Shown here: positions 50,791 to 60,080 of the stretch, one piece after another
Layout: each line of letters starts with the position of its first letter
Position numbering within the stretch: position 1 is the first letter of the stretch
Source: an uncultured delta proteobacterium
GTDB lineage: Bacteria > Desulfobacterota > Binatia > UBA9968
Direction: 5' to 3'
Length of the DNA: 64,000 nt
NCBI GenBank assembly: GCA_963816145.1
Contig: CAWFJP010000014.1
Location: 384,001-448,000 of the forward strand
Position numbers and translations under genes: made by a program
Notes under the pieces: generated by a model
Told to the model about the DNA's origin: nothing
The model's database searches: none
Seen by the model: only the letters and a program-made list of their open reading frames with translations

Positions 50791-51996
50791 TCAGATCACG
50801 CCCTCGGCCTGTAGAGCGACGAGGTCGTCGCTATTCATGCCGAGGTCGCCCACGTAGATTTCCTGGTTGTGTTCGCCCAACAGCGGCGCGGGGCGGTAGA
50901 TGTTACCGGGGGTTTCCATCAGCCGCGGCACGGGGCCGAATTGTTTATATTTGCCGACCACCGGATGGTCCATGTCGACGAATAGGCCGCGCGCTTTGGT
51001 TTGCTCCATCTCAACGAACTCCCCTGCAGTGTTGATCGGCGTTACGGCGATGCGGCGTTTCTGGCCTTCTTCGTATAGTTCCTCTTTGGTGTGCTTCGCG
51101 CAGAACTCGGCGACGGCGCCGACGACGATTTCGGGATGTTTGCGCCGGTAGGCCATCTTTTCGAACTCCGGTCCGGAGATCGACGGCGGACTGCCCATCC
51201 ACTCGACCAAACGGCGCCATTGCTCGACGGGGATGATGAAAATGCGCGCGTAGCCATTCTTGGTCTTGTACGGATCGTAAAGGTCAGTCTCCTCGCCTTT
51301 GCGTGACGCGCGCGCCGGTTTGTCGCCGGTGTAACCGTAGTTGGGAATGAAGTAGCCGGCGATGTGACCGCCGCATTCGTGCATCGACACGTCTATATGC
51401 TGGCCCTTGCCGCTGTCGAGGCGGTGATAAAGCGCCACCGCGATGCCAAAGGCGCCATAGGTCGACGCCATGCCGTAAGCGATTTCTCCCGGCGGCTGTA
51501 GCGGCGGCTCGCCCGGCTCGCCGGCGAGGTAAAGCAGATTGCCGAGCGCTATGCCGGCCATGTCGTTGGCTTTGTAGTCTTTCCATGGACCGTTTTGGCC
51601 GAAGGGCGTGATCGAAGCGACGATCAACGCCGGATTGACCGCGCTCAAATCTTCGTAAGTCAGTCGCAATTCCTTGGCGCGCGATGGCCGAAAGGTTTCG
51701 ATAATCACGTCGGCTTTTTTGCATAGTTCGAGCACGATCGCCCGGCCGTCGGGCTTCTCCACATCAAGCGTGATGCCGCGTTTGTTGGTGTTGAAGTGAA
51801 GAAAATACAGACTTTTTTCCAGGTGCGGCGTGTCGTCTTTGAACGGCGGCACGCGGCGCGATTCGTCGCCCGACGGCGCTTCGATTTTGATTACGTCGGC
51901 GCCCATGTCGGCCAAAAGCTTGGTGCAGTGCAGGCTCAGCGGCCCGCCCAAGTCGAGCACGCGGTAGCCGGTCAACGGTCCTGTCGGTGTTGCCAT
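50791..51996 (-). CDS. CaiB/BaiF family III CoA-transferase (second subunit of a BbsEF-like pair)
   Basis: [55 protein letters not shown]. Confidence 0.92.
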   Translation of the reverse strand: MATPTGPLTGYRVLDLGGPLSLHCTKLLADMGADVIKIEAPSGDESRRVPPFKDDTPHLEKSLYFLHFNTNKRGITLDVEKPDGRAIVLELCKKADVIIETFRPSRAKELRLTYEDLSAVNPALIVASITPFGQNGPWKDYKANDMAGIALGNLLYLAGEPGEPPLQPPGEIAYGMASTYGAFGIAVALYHRLDSGKGQHIDVSMHECGGHIAGYFIPNYGYTGDKPARASRKGEETDLYDPYKTKNGYARIFIIPVEQWRRLVEWMGSPPSISGPEFEKMAYRRKHPEIVVGAVAEFCAKHTKEELYEEGQKRRIAVTPINTAGEFVEMEQTKARGLFVDMDHPVVGKYKQFGPVPRLMETPGNIYRPAPLLGEHNQEIYVGDLGMNSDDLVALQAEGVI

Positions 51997-52130
51997 GAAA
52001 TTCCTCAGAGCGAAATGAAATTCGATTCGTCGCGATTCTTACTTGGATGAAACTGGGGTGTCAAGGCGGTCGGGACGCAGTTTCGAATTTTAATCACTAT
52101 TGTCGGAAACGAGTTAGGAAAAATACGGAT

Positions 52131-52209
52131 TCATCGCAGAGACACAGAGTTCGCAGAGGTAAGACATGGGGTTTGAAACTTGCCGGCGTGCATTTTGTCT
52201 CTGCGGTGA
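52131..52209. repeat. CGCAGAG-type 9-mer inverted-array element (degenerate)
   Basis: tcatcgcagagacacagagttcgcagag ... tgtctctgcggtga. Confidence 0.7.
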
Positions 52210-52273
52210 GATGTTTTTGGGTTTACAAACCGTCGACGCCTTGATTAGTATCAAAATGGTCAGGAGCGCAACC

Positions 52274-53281
52274 ATGATTCAGCTTGTCATCTTGTTAGTG
52301 TTGTTGTTTACGAATCCAGCGGTGTCTTCAGCCCAGACGATGGCGCAGATCGTCGAAGGCGCCAAGGCGGAAAAGGAACTGCTGACCTACGCGACGACCC
52401 AGGCGCCGGTGATGAATCGCTTGGTGCAGGGGTTCAATAAGAAATATCCGTTTATCAAGGTCGAGTACTACCGCGCCGGCGCGGAAAAGATCGCCCAGCG
52501 TTTCGATACCGAAGCCGCCGCGGGGCGTCATGTCGTCGATGTCGTCAACTTGAGCGGTTCGGAGATGTATTGGACGGCCAAGAAAGGCCATTTTGCAGTC
52601 TACGAGTCGCCAGAGCGAAAGTCGATTCGCCCAAGCTACAAGGACAAGCAAGGCTTGTGGACGGCGCAGTACTCGACCATTGCGGTCATCGGCTACAATC
52701 GCAAGCTGGTGGCGCCGGCTGACGTGCCGAAAAGTTATGACGATCTGCTCATGGCAAAATGGAAACGGCAGATCGGCTTGGACCAGACCGATGATGACTG
52801 GTACATGGTGTTAGTCCATGTGATGGGCGAAAAGAAAGCGGCGGAATTCATCCGCGCTCTGGCCAAGCAAAATGTCGAATTCCGCCGCGGCCGGCAGTTG
52901 GCGGCGGAGCTGCTCGCCGCCGGCGAGTGGGCGATGGCGCCGACCATGCGTATCGCCGCCGGCGAAGAGATTCGCAGGAAAGGCGCGCCAGTGGATTGGG
53001 TCGCCATTGAGCCGCTGTTTCCCAATCCGCCCAACGCTTTGGCGCTGGCACGGCGCGCGCCCCATGCCAACGCCGGCAAGTTGTGGATCGACTACATTCT
53101 TTCCAAGGAGGTCCAGGACTATTACGCCAACGAAGTCGGCGTCAGCGTCGGCCGCACCGACGTGGTCCTCGCTAACGAGCGGCTGCGCAAGTTGCGTTAC
53201 GGCGAGATCGATTGGCCAATCTATTTGGAGAAACTCCAGCATTACCAAGACGAATGGCGCAAAACCATGAAGCCTTACTGA
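52274..53281 (+). CDS. ABC substrate-binding protein (Fe3+/polyamine-like)
   Basis: GAKAEKELLTY, FNKKYPFIKVE, GYNRKLV, PKSYDDLL, APHANAGKLWIDYILS. Confidence 0.85.
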   Translation: MIQLVILLVLLFTNPAVSSAQTMAQIVEGAKAEKELLTYATTQAPVMNRLVQGFNKKYPFIKVEYYRAGAEKIAQRFDTEAAAGRHVVDVVNLSGSEMYWTAKKGHFAVYESPERKSIRPSYKDKQGLWTAQYSTIAVIGYNRKLVAPADVPKSYDDLLMAKWKRQIGLDQTDDDWYMVLVHVMGEKKAAEFIRALAKQNVEFRRGRQLAAELLAAGEWAMAPTMRIAAGEEIRRKGAPVDWVAIEPLFPNPPNALALARRAPHANAGKLWIDYILSKEVQDYYANEVGVSVGRTDVVLANERLRKLRYGEIDWPIYLEKLQHYQDEWRKTMKPY

Positions 53282-53295
53282 GCGCGGGAGATCTC

Positions 53296-54351
53296 ATGTT
53301 GTTATCCAGATGGAAAGTCTCGAAGGTCGTTTTAGCCGCTGTCACGGTGGTTTGCTGCGATATTGCCGGCGTGGCCGGCCAATCGTCGTTCTTCGAGGGC
53401 AAGAGTATCAGACTGATTGTCGGCTATCCCGCCGGCACCACCCACGACATCTGGGCCAGAACAGTTTCGCCTTACGTGAAAAAATATCTTCCCGGTAATC
53501 CCGATTTCATCGTGCAGTCGATGCCCGGCGCGGGCTCCATGGTGGCGGTCAATTATCTCTATGGTGTCGCCAAACCCGACGGTTTGACGCTGGCGACGTT
53601 CAACGCGGCGCTCTACTTCGAACAGCTCATCGGCCGCAAGGAAGTACAGTTCGACTGGCCCAAGCTCAGTTGGATCGGCAGCTCGACGCCGGCGACGCGG
53701 TTATTCTACATCCGCGCCGACAATCCCTATGCCACCATCGCCGATCTGCGCAGGGCCGCCGAGGCGCCGAAATGTGGCACGGCGGGGCGCGGCAATAGCG
53801 GCTATATACTGCCTAAGCTGTTCGAGGAAGCTCTCGGCCTCAAGCTCGCAATCGTTACCGGTTATCCGGGCGGCGGTGAAGTCGATTTGGCGATCGAGAA
53901 GGGCGAAGTGCAATGCAACTCCACGTCGCTCTCGGTTTATTTCGGCCGCGAACCGTTTCACACCTGGCGCAAGAAGAACTTCGTGCGCGTGCTGATTCAG
54001 ACCGGAAACAAACGTGACGCCCGGCTCGCCGACGTGCCGACGATTTACGAACTCATGGATCAATACAAGACCCCGGAGGCGAGCCGCCGTTTGACCGCGG
54101 TCTTTCTCGACGCCGGACGCTTCGGCTCCTGGCCCATCGCCGCGCCGCCGGGGTTGCCCCCCGAGCGGACAAAGATGTTTCGCGATGCCTTCGTCAGAGC
54201 GCTGAACGATCCGGCTCTGCTGGCGGAAGCGGCGAAGAAACAACTGGAAGTCGAAACCATTCGGGGTGAGGAGCTTGAAAGCCTTGCCAAGGAAGCGATA
54301 GCTCAGCCCCGTGAGGTGGTCGAGCGGCTGAAGGATTTGCTGACCAACTAG
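53296..54351 (+). CDS. Tripartite tricarboxylate transporter substrate-binding protein (Bug/TctC)
   Basis: FFEGKSIRLIVGYPAG, MPGAGS, AKPDGLTL, GYPGGGE, DVPT, APPGLP. Confidence 0.85.
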   Translation: MLLSRWKVSKVVLAAVTVVCCDIAGVAGQSSFFEGKSIRLIVGYPAGTTHDIWARTVSPYVKKYLPGNPDFIVQSMPGAGSMVAVNYLYGVAKPDGLTLATFNAALYFEQLIGRKEVQFDWPKLSWIGSSTPATRLFYIRADNPYATIADLRRAAEAPKCGTAGRGNSGYILPKLFEEALGLKLAIVTGYPGGGEVDLAIEKGEVQCNSTSLSVYFGREPFHTWRKKNFVRVLIQTGNKRDARLADVPTIYELMDQYKTPEASRRLTAVFLDAGRFGSWPIAAPPGLPPERTKMFRDAFVRALNDPALLAEAAKKQLEVETIRGEELESLAKEAIAQPREVVERLKDLLTN

Positions 54352-54424
54352 TTAATGATGCGACAATACTTTGTGATAACGTTGACAGCCCTGCGACAGC
54401 GCAGAAAGGACTGTTAATTTCGAT

Positions 54425-55441
54425 ATGTCAGCCTATGGCCGCGTGAAAATTGTGCATCGGGCTTTTGTCCGCGCTTTGCTGATCACGGCAATTCTTTTCA
54501 CCTCTCGCGGATCGGTTTGTGCCGCCGATAAGCTGCGCATGGCGTACGTGAGTCCGAGCATCACCTTGTCGCTGCCGTGGGTAGCCAAGGAGCTGGGAAT
54601 TTTGGCGAAACACGATCTGGTCGCCGAGATTCTGCTGATCACTGGCAGCCCACGCTTGGTCCAGACGCTGATCTCCGGCGATGTTGAAGTCGTGTTCGCC
54701 GGTGTCACGGCGCTCACTCGCGCGCGCATCCGCGGTGCGGATGTGGCGATACTCGGTGCAGCGGCTAATCTTTCCAGCCAGAAATTGATTGTCGGCCGGA
54801 ACTCGAAAATCCGCCGTCTCGAAGACGTGAAAGGCGCGACCATCGGCGTGTCGCAGTTTGGTTCCGAGGCCGACACCTTTACGCGCAACGCGCTGGCGAC
54901 GGTCGGACTCCGGCCGGACCGAGATGTGACGATTCTTCAACTGGGCGGCCATCCGCAGGTCGCTGCCGCCATGGTCGCGGGAAAATTGGAAGTCGGTGCG
55001 TTGGCCGGGCTCGCGGCGCTCACCGCGGAACGCGCCGGAGCGCGTCTGCTCACCAGCGCTGTGGAGCTCAAGATTCTCTCGCCCTCCGGCACCTTCGCGA
55101 CCACGCGCGGTTATATTCAGCGCAAGAGAACTGTTGTCGAGCGGCTGATGCGCTCATTTGTCGAAGCGGTGCATTATCTCAAAACTAACCGCGCCGGCTC
55201 GATCGTGTTGCTGCAAAAATACTTCGGCGGTTTGAACATGGAGGAAGCGGCCTATCTTTACGATGAACAAGTCGATTTATTGGAACGATTGCCGGGACCC
55301 AACGACAAGGCGCTGCAAGCGGTGCTCGATCGAGAGAACGATGCGAAGTTGAAAACCATGTCTCCAGCGGATTTTGTCGACGCGAGCTTTTCTAAAGAGA
55401 TCGAAAAAAGCGGCTTGATCGAGCAACTGTATCGGAAGTAG
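54425..55441 (+). CDS. ABC substrate-binding protein (NMT1/SsuA-like)
   Basis: LPWVAKELG, DVKGATIGVSQFGSEAD, FVDASF...EKSG. Confidence 0.85.
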   Translation: MSAYGRVKIVHRAFVRALLITAILFTSRGSVCAADKLRMAYVSPSITLSLPWVAKELGILAKHDLVAEILLITGSPRLVQTLISGDVEVVFAGVTALTRARIRGADVAILGAAANLSSQKLIVGRNSKIRRLEDVKGATIGVSQFGSEADTFTRNALATVGLRPDRDVTILQLGGHPQVAAAMVAGKLEVGALAGLAALTAERAGARLLTSAVELKILSPSGTFATTRGYIQRKRTVVERLMRSFVEAVHYLKTNRAGSIVLLQKYFGGLNMEEAAYLYDEQVDLLERLPGPNDKALQAVLDRENDAKLKTMSPADFVDASFSKEIEKSGLIEQLYRK

Positions 55442-55475
55442 TGTTAGTGAGAATGGCAGACCCTGAGGCAAAGCT

Positions 55476-55690
55476 CGAAATCCCAAATCCGAAAGCGGCC
55501 CCGCGGCCCGAAACAAACCCAGCAAATTCAAATCCGAAATCCGAAGTACGAAATCCGAAACAAACTCCAGTCAAATAAACCCAAACCCGAAGAAAATTAA
55601 AACGTCGAATTTAAAAGTTGTTTTGAATTTTGCATATTTTGGTCATTTGAATTTGTTTCGGATTTCGATATTAGAATTTCCGATTTTCGA
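55476..55690. repeat. Palindromic 7-mer array (AAATCCG/CGAAAT family)
   Basis: aaatccg-aaatccg-aagtacg-aaatccg-aaacaaa ... tttgtttcggatttcgatattagaatttccgatttt. Confidence 0.8.
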
Positions 55691-55760
55691 GTGTTGGCGC
55701 GGCAAATTGTATTGATTAGATTTGTTAGGAATCTAATCCCAAACACGAAAGGAGAAAATC

Positions 55761-56123
55761 ATGGCACGCATCGGACATATCGCATTACTGACCAAGGACA
55801 CTGAGAAACTCGCGGGCTTTTATAAGACTTCGTTCGGTCTCAACGAGGTTGCGCGCAGCGGCGAAGTGGGCGAGAACGGCCAGGCGATTTATCTTTCCGA
55901 CGGGCATATCAATCTAGCGATTCTGCCGGCGCGCAACCGCAAAGAGGGGATCTTTCACTTCGGCATGCAGGTGGAGGACGTCAAGGGCGCGGTCAGCACC
56001 GCCAAGGCCAACGGCGCCACCGGCGGCACGGACAAGCTGCCAAGAGACGGCCGGTTTGCCGAGACTTTCGTCCTCGATCCAGTGGGGACGCGGGTGGATT
56101 TATCGCCGGGGTGGAAAGTGTGA
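55761..56123 (+). CDS. VOC/glyoxalase family protein
   Basis: ARIGHIAL, FYKTSFGL, YLSDGHINLAIL, HFGMQVED, DPVGTRVDLS. Confidence 0.85.
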   Translation: MARIGHIALLTKDTEKLAGFYKTSFGLNEVARSGEVGENGQAIYLSDGHINLAILPARNRKEGIFHFGMQVEDVKGAVSTAKANGATGGTDKLPRDGRFAETFVLDPVGTRVDLSPGWKV

Positions 56124-56326
56124 CGTAGCGCTGCGCTGGGTATCCGGCGTCCGGTTTCAAGAGTTCATTGCTCATAAACCCCGCCTCTTGAGGCGGGCAT
56201 AACTAAATGGGGTTTCCAAGGGGGCAAGCATCCCCTTTGGTCAAGGGCGGGGTTAAATTCCCGCCCGCGAAGTAGTTTCGTTTAATGACTGACCCGGTGT
56301 TTACGCGTTGTCATTAGCTCATCGAG

Positions 56327-57346
56327 ATGGTGGGGCAGGTAATGCGATCAATCAAATTCAGCAAGCTCTGTTTGTCGGTAGCGCTCGGAATATTGGTTTT
56401 ACGAGGACAAGTGTTTGCGCAGTCGACGCTGGAGCGCATCAACGCGATCTATGCGTCGCTCGCCGGCGATCACGCCGCGCTTTACGTGGCCCAAGAGATG
56501 GGCTTGTTCCGCAAGTACGGTCTCGATGTGAATCTCAGCTATACCGCCGGAGCGGCGCAGGTGATTCAGACTATGATGGCGGGAGAGAATCAGATCGCCA
56601 CGGCCGGCGGCAGCGGCGTGGTCGACGCCGATTTCGCCGGTGCCGATCTGGTCGCAGTGGCCGGCATGGTCAACATCCCGGCGTTTTATATCGTCGTCCA
56701 ACCGGAGATCAAATCGATTCAAGATTTGCGCGGCAAGCCGGTGGGCATCACCCGCTTCGGCTCGTCCACCGATTTCACCATGCGCTATATTTTGAAGAAG
56801 GCGGGCCTGGAACCGGACAAAGACGTGCCGCTTTTACAAATGGGCGGCCAGCCGGAGCTCGCCGCGGGCATCGAAGCGCGGCGGATATTTGCCGCGCCAA
56901 TGACCCCGCCGGCATTGCAAAAGACCCTCAAGGCCGGAGCGAGAATTCAGATCCCGCCCAAGACCATCGGACTAAGCTTTCCGCACGTCGGTATCGTCGT
57001 GCGCAAAACTTATCTCGCCGCGCACCGCCAGGTCGTGAAGAATTTCATCGCCGGTTATTCCGAGGGCGTCGCCATGCTGCAAAAAGACAAGGAAGGCAGC
57101 AAGAAAGCGATCGCCAAGTTTCTCCACACCGACGACCCCGAAGTTCTCGAAGCCAGTTGGCAGTTCGGCGTCGACGTGATCGAACGCACTCCCAATCTCG
57201 ATCCCGAAATGTTCAAGCTTGTCCTCGACGAGCGCGCCCAAACCCGGCCGGAAGCGAAAAAATATAAACCGGAGCAGTTTTTTGACGACAGTGTGGTGAA
57301 GGAGCTGGAGAAAGAAGGGTTTTTCAAGAAGATCTTTGCGCGGTGA
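56327..57346 (+). CDS. ABC substrate-binding protein (NMT1/SsuA-like)
   Basis: LYVAQEMGLFRKYGLDV, DLRGKPVGITRFGSSTD, FFDDSVVKELEKEGF. Confidence 0.87.
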   Translation: MVGQVMRSIKFSKLCLSVALGILVLRGQVFAQSTLERINAIYASLAGDHAALYVAQEMGLFRKYGLDVNLSYTAGAAQVIQTMMAGENQIATAGGSGVVDADFAGADLVAVAGMVNIPAFYIVVQPEIKSIQDLRGKPVGITRFGSSTDFTMRYILKKAGLEPDKDVPLLQMGGQPELAAGIEARRIFAAPMTPPALQKTLKAGARIQIPPKTIGLSFPHVGIVVRKTYLAAHRQVVKNFIAGYSEGVAMLQKDKEGSKKAIAKFLHTDDPEVLEASWQFGVDVIERTPNLDPEMFKLVLDERAQTRPEAKKYKPEQFFDDSVVKELEKEGFFKKIFAR

Positions 57347-57496
57347 TGAGGTACAAGCGACCAAAGTAACCATCCGTAGAACTACGGTGAATGCGCAAAA
57401 GTGGAAATTGATTCGAAATCGACCCGATTAGTAGAGGAGACATGTTCATTGCGGCCTGGTATGATATCTGACTATTGAAAATCAGTGGGAGATGAA

Positions 57497-57730
57497 ATGT
57501 CACAAATGTTTGCCATTCAAATGGAAGTGCCAGACGATTTAGCACGGTTTCGGTTGCCTCCGGCCGTTGACACGCGTCTCCAACTACTACTGGACCGTCA
57601 AGATGGCGGTGAACGGTTGACTACGGCGGAACGGAAAGAAGCCCAAGGCTTGGTAAATCTAGCCGAGATGCTTTCGCTCCTGCGCTTGCGCGCTCGGCGC
57701 ATAAGCAGCGATCGTCGCGCAAAAAAATAA
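57497..57730 (+). CDS. Small antitoxin-like protein coupled to HNH nuclease
   Basis: FRLPPAVDTRLQLLLDRQ...LTTAERKE...LSLLRLRA; stop overlaps the HNH start (TAATG). Confidence 0.7.
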   Translation: MSQMFAIQMEVPDDLARFRLPPAVDTRLQLLLDRQDGGERLTTAERKEAQGLVNLAEMLSLLRLRARRISSDRRAKK

Positions 57731-58146
57731 TGAGCAACATCCCTGCTCGCTCCCGCCGCTTGGTTGTGATGCGGGCGGGAGGGCGATGCGAATATTGTGG
57801 TTTGTCGCAGGATAGCCAAGAAGCCACGTTTCACATCGACCACATCTTGCCTAAGGCCGCCGGTGGTTCATCCATCGCCCAAAATTTGGCTCTTGCATGT
57901 GTCTCCTGTTCATTGCGCAAGGAGGCCCGACGTTCAGCGATTGATCCCCATAGCGGTCGCAGAGTGGCCCTGTTTCATCCGCGTCGCCAGCGCTGGTACG
58001 ATCACTTTCGGTGGGCGGGGCCACGCGTTTTAGGTTTATCCGCGACGGGTCGGGCCACCGTTGCGGCACTTCGAATGAATCGTCCGTTAATATTGGCAAT
58101 ACGCGCGGAAGAGATACTACGGGGGCGGCATCCACCGACGAGTTAG
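57730..58146 (+). CDS. HNH endonuclease
   Basis: RAGGRCEYC...FHIDHILPKAAGG...NLALACVSCS...LFHPR...W..HF.W. Confidence 0.9.
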   Translation: MSNIPARSRRLVVMRAGGRCEYCGLSQDSQEATFHIDHILPKAAGGSSIAQNLALACVSCSLRKEARRSAIDPHSGRRVALFHPRRQRWYDHFRWAGPRVLGLSATGRATVAALRMNRPLILAIRAEEILRGRHPPTS

Positions 58147-58169
58147 GTCCTGGCGCGGCGCGATTTTTG

Positions 58170-58301
58170 AAGCTCGTCCTCGAGGAGCGCGCCCAAACCC
58201 GGCCGGAAGCGAAAAAATATAAACCGGAGCAGTTTTTCGACGACAGTGTGGTAAAGGAGCTGGAGAAGGAAGGGTTTTTCAAGAAGATCTTTGCGCGGTG
58301 A
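58170..58301 (+). repeat. 132-bp direct repeat of 57215-57346 (remnant 3' end of SBP gene)
   Basis: Five differences, all at third codon positions (four synonymous, one D/E). Confidence 0.95.
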
Positions 58302-58593
58302 GGCGACGCGCGAATGAGGAGGGAGTTGCCTGGGCATCGAAATGTTAACGCAATGATCATTTATACCCACGTCCTAAATCGCAACCAAAAATGAGTCCGG
58401 AGCTAGGCATATTTGTCGACTGTCCCCAATCGTTCGCAGTGTAATATTCATACACTGACCCGTGTATGACAGAGTGGTGTTTGGTCAAAAACGTTGATAG
58501 ATATTCGAAATCGTTGTCGAAGTCGCCCATCGTGAACGGCTTGAAAAATATTTATACGCTGGTCACTGTACTCACAAGTTAGGTGCCACTCTC

Positions 58594-59052
58594 ATGCTGC
58601 GAGTGTATTGCGACACAGGGGCGTATCGGTCCGAGCTCATGAAGTATGAGCAAGACGGACTGATCTCGGTTCATCAGTTCAAGTATGAAAATGCGAACCG
58701 TCATATAAGGCATGCAGCAGTTCCGTCCAATCCAACGTGGGACGAGATGAAGAACTACACTTGGGCCGACCTAAAGAAAATCGAAGAACTGAGAAACCTC
58801 ACCTGGGAGAGCGTAGAGCACACATCGGACAAGTTGAATGACATCATGGCGCTCGTTGGGACGAAGAACCTAATTGACGCGAAGCATTTGGATTCTGCAG
58901 TTGCTTCCGGGTGCAGCATCTTCCTCACTAGCGACAAGAAAGACATTTGGTCAAAGCGAGAAGCCCTCAAGTCGTTGACCGGGCTTCTAGTTCTTCACGT
59001 CACGACAGAGTGGGCAATCTTTGTTCAATTGGTCGAGAAAAATGACGCCTAA
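58594..59052 (+). CDS. PIN-domain-like protein (cassette 1)
   Basis: RVYCDT ... DAKHLDSAVASGCSIFLTSDKKD acidic PIN pattern; stop codon lies inside the attC R'' box. Confidence 0.65.
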   Translation: MLRVYCDTGAYRSELMKYEQDGLISVHQFKYENANRHIRHAAVPSNPTWDEMKNYTWADLKKIEELRNLTWESVEHTSDKLNDIMALVGTKNLIDAKHLDSAVASGCSIFLTSDKKDIWSKREALKSLTGLLVLHVTTEWAIFVQLVEKNDA

Positions 59053-59133
59053 CCCGCGGCTTAAGACTGATGTCAAGAACGCTCGCCTGAGAGGCTCGCT
59101 TATTCGCCACGGCTTAGCCGCATAGCGTTAAAC
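59047..59133 (+). mobile_element. attC site 1
   Basis: GCCTAAC-ccg-CGGCTTAAG ... CTTAGCCG-catagc-GTTAAAC. Confidence 0.85.
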
Positions 59134-59147
59134 GGCACCTTGATCCG

Positions 59148-59969
59148 ATGACACAAGAACACGCGACCGAGAAGCAGCCTATCGCACCCGAATGGGCGAC
59201 TCAGCCGTTTCATCGTTTTCTCGACCAAGCCGAACGACTCGGGGATGTTGTTCAACTTAGCGTCCGTGGCATTTCTGTATTTCTCGCTATCCCCAGCGCT
59301 GTTGCAGTTCTCGCAAAAGTCGAAGAGAAGGACAAGACCACTGAGCATAAGCAGCGATTAGAACGCGTACGCAAGGATGCCGAGTTGGCACAGCGCGAGA
59401 TTGAGACCGGCTTTCCCATCGTCTTCGCAAACGCAACCGTTGCTTTATGGTCGTTTCTTGAATCAATGGTCCGCGCCACTCTTGTTGCGTGGCTGAAGAA
59501 TGACTCAAAAGCGTTCCAAAGTGACGCAATCGCCAAACTGCGCGTTAGATTGGGAGAGTACGAACGACTTATGCAAGACGAGCGATATCACTACGTCGCG
59601 GAACTACTCGAGGCCGAGCTCGCCGCTGGCTTAAGAAATGGCGTCGAACGATTCGAGGTAATGCTAAAACCGTTTGGATTGGACGGTTCTGTTCCAGAAA
59701 AGCTACGTCGCGACATGTTCGAATTCGGTCAAATTAGAAACGCGATTGTTCATAGGGGCGGACACGTTGATCGTCAGCTTTCGAACGCGTGCCCTTGGCT
59801 CGGATTTGCCGTTGGGGAGGAACTGCCAATAGGTCGAGATCATTTCAACCGATACGGGGAAGCTGCACACTACTATGTTATCTTGCTTATCTGCCGCATG
59901 GGCGAGTGTTTCGGGAAAGATATGACCGACGAGAAGCAATCGGTTATTGCAAAGTATGGACCCGGTTAA
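59148..59969 (+). CDS. HEPN-like protein (cassette 2)
   Basis: Helical protein with LWSFLE and IRNAIVHRGG (RxxxxH) motifs. Confidence 0.65.
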   Translation: MTQEHATEKQPIAPEWATQPFHRFLDQAERLGDVVQLSVRGISVFLAIPSAVAVLAKVEEKDKTTEHKQRLERVRKDAELAQREIETGFPIVFANATVALWSFLESMVRATLVAWLKNDSKAFQSDAIAKLRVRLGEYERLMQDERYHYVAELLEAELAAGLRNGVERFEVMLKPFGLDGSVPEKLRRDMFEFGQIRNAIVHRGGHVDRQLSNACPWLGFAVGEELPIGRDHFNRYGEAAHYYVILLICRMGECFGKDMTDEKQSVIAKYGPG

Positions 59970-60035
59970 CAACGCGTTCGAAAGAGGACGCCGTGCGAGA
60001 AAGCGGTAGCGCGCCGTTCAACGCGGGCGTTAGGC
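59964..60035 (+). mobile_element. attC site 2
   Basis: GGTTAAC-aa-CGCGTTCGAA ... TTCAACGCG-ggc-GTTAGGC. Confidence 0.85.
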
Positions 60036-60080
60036 AGGCTTGCCGGGTGCGGCCGAGAATGGAACGGGTATAAGACAGAG

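Noticed and set aside
58011-58301. 96-aa ORF ending like the SBP (also 39521-39808 ending like the hydratase)
   Set aside because: These are chance fusions to the duplicated 3' remnants, not independent genes.
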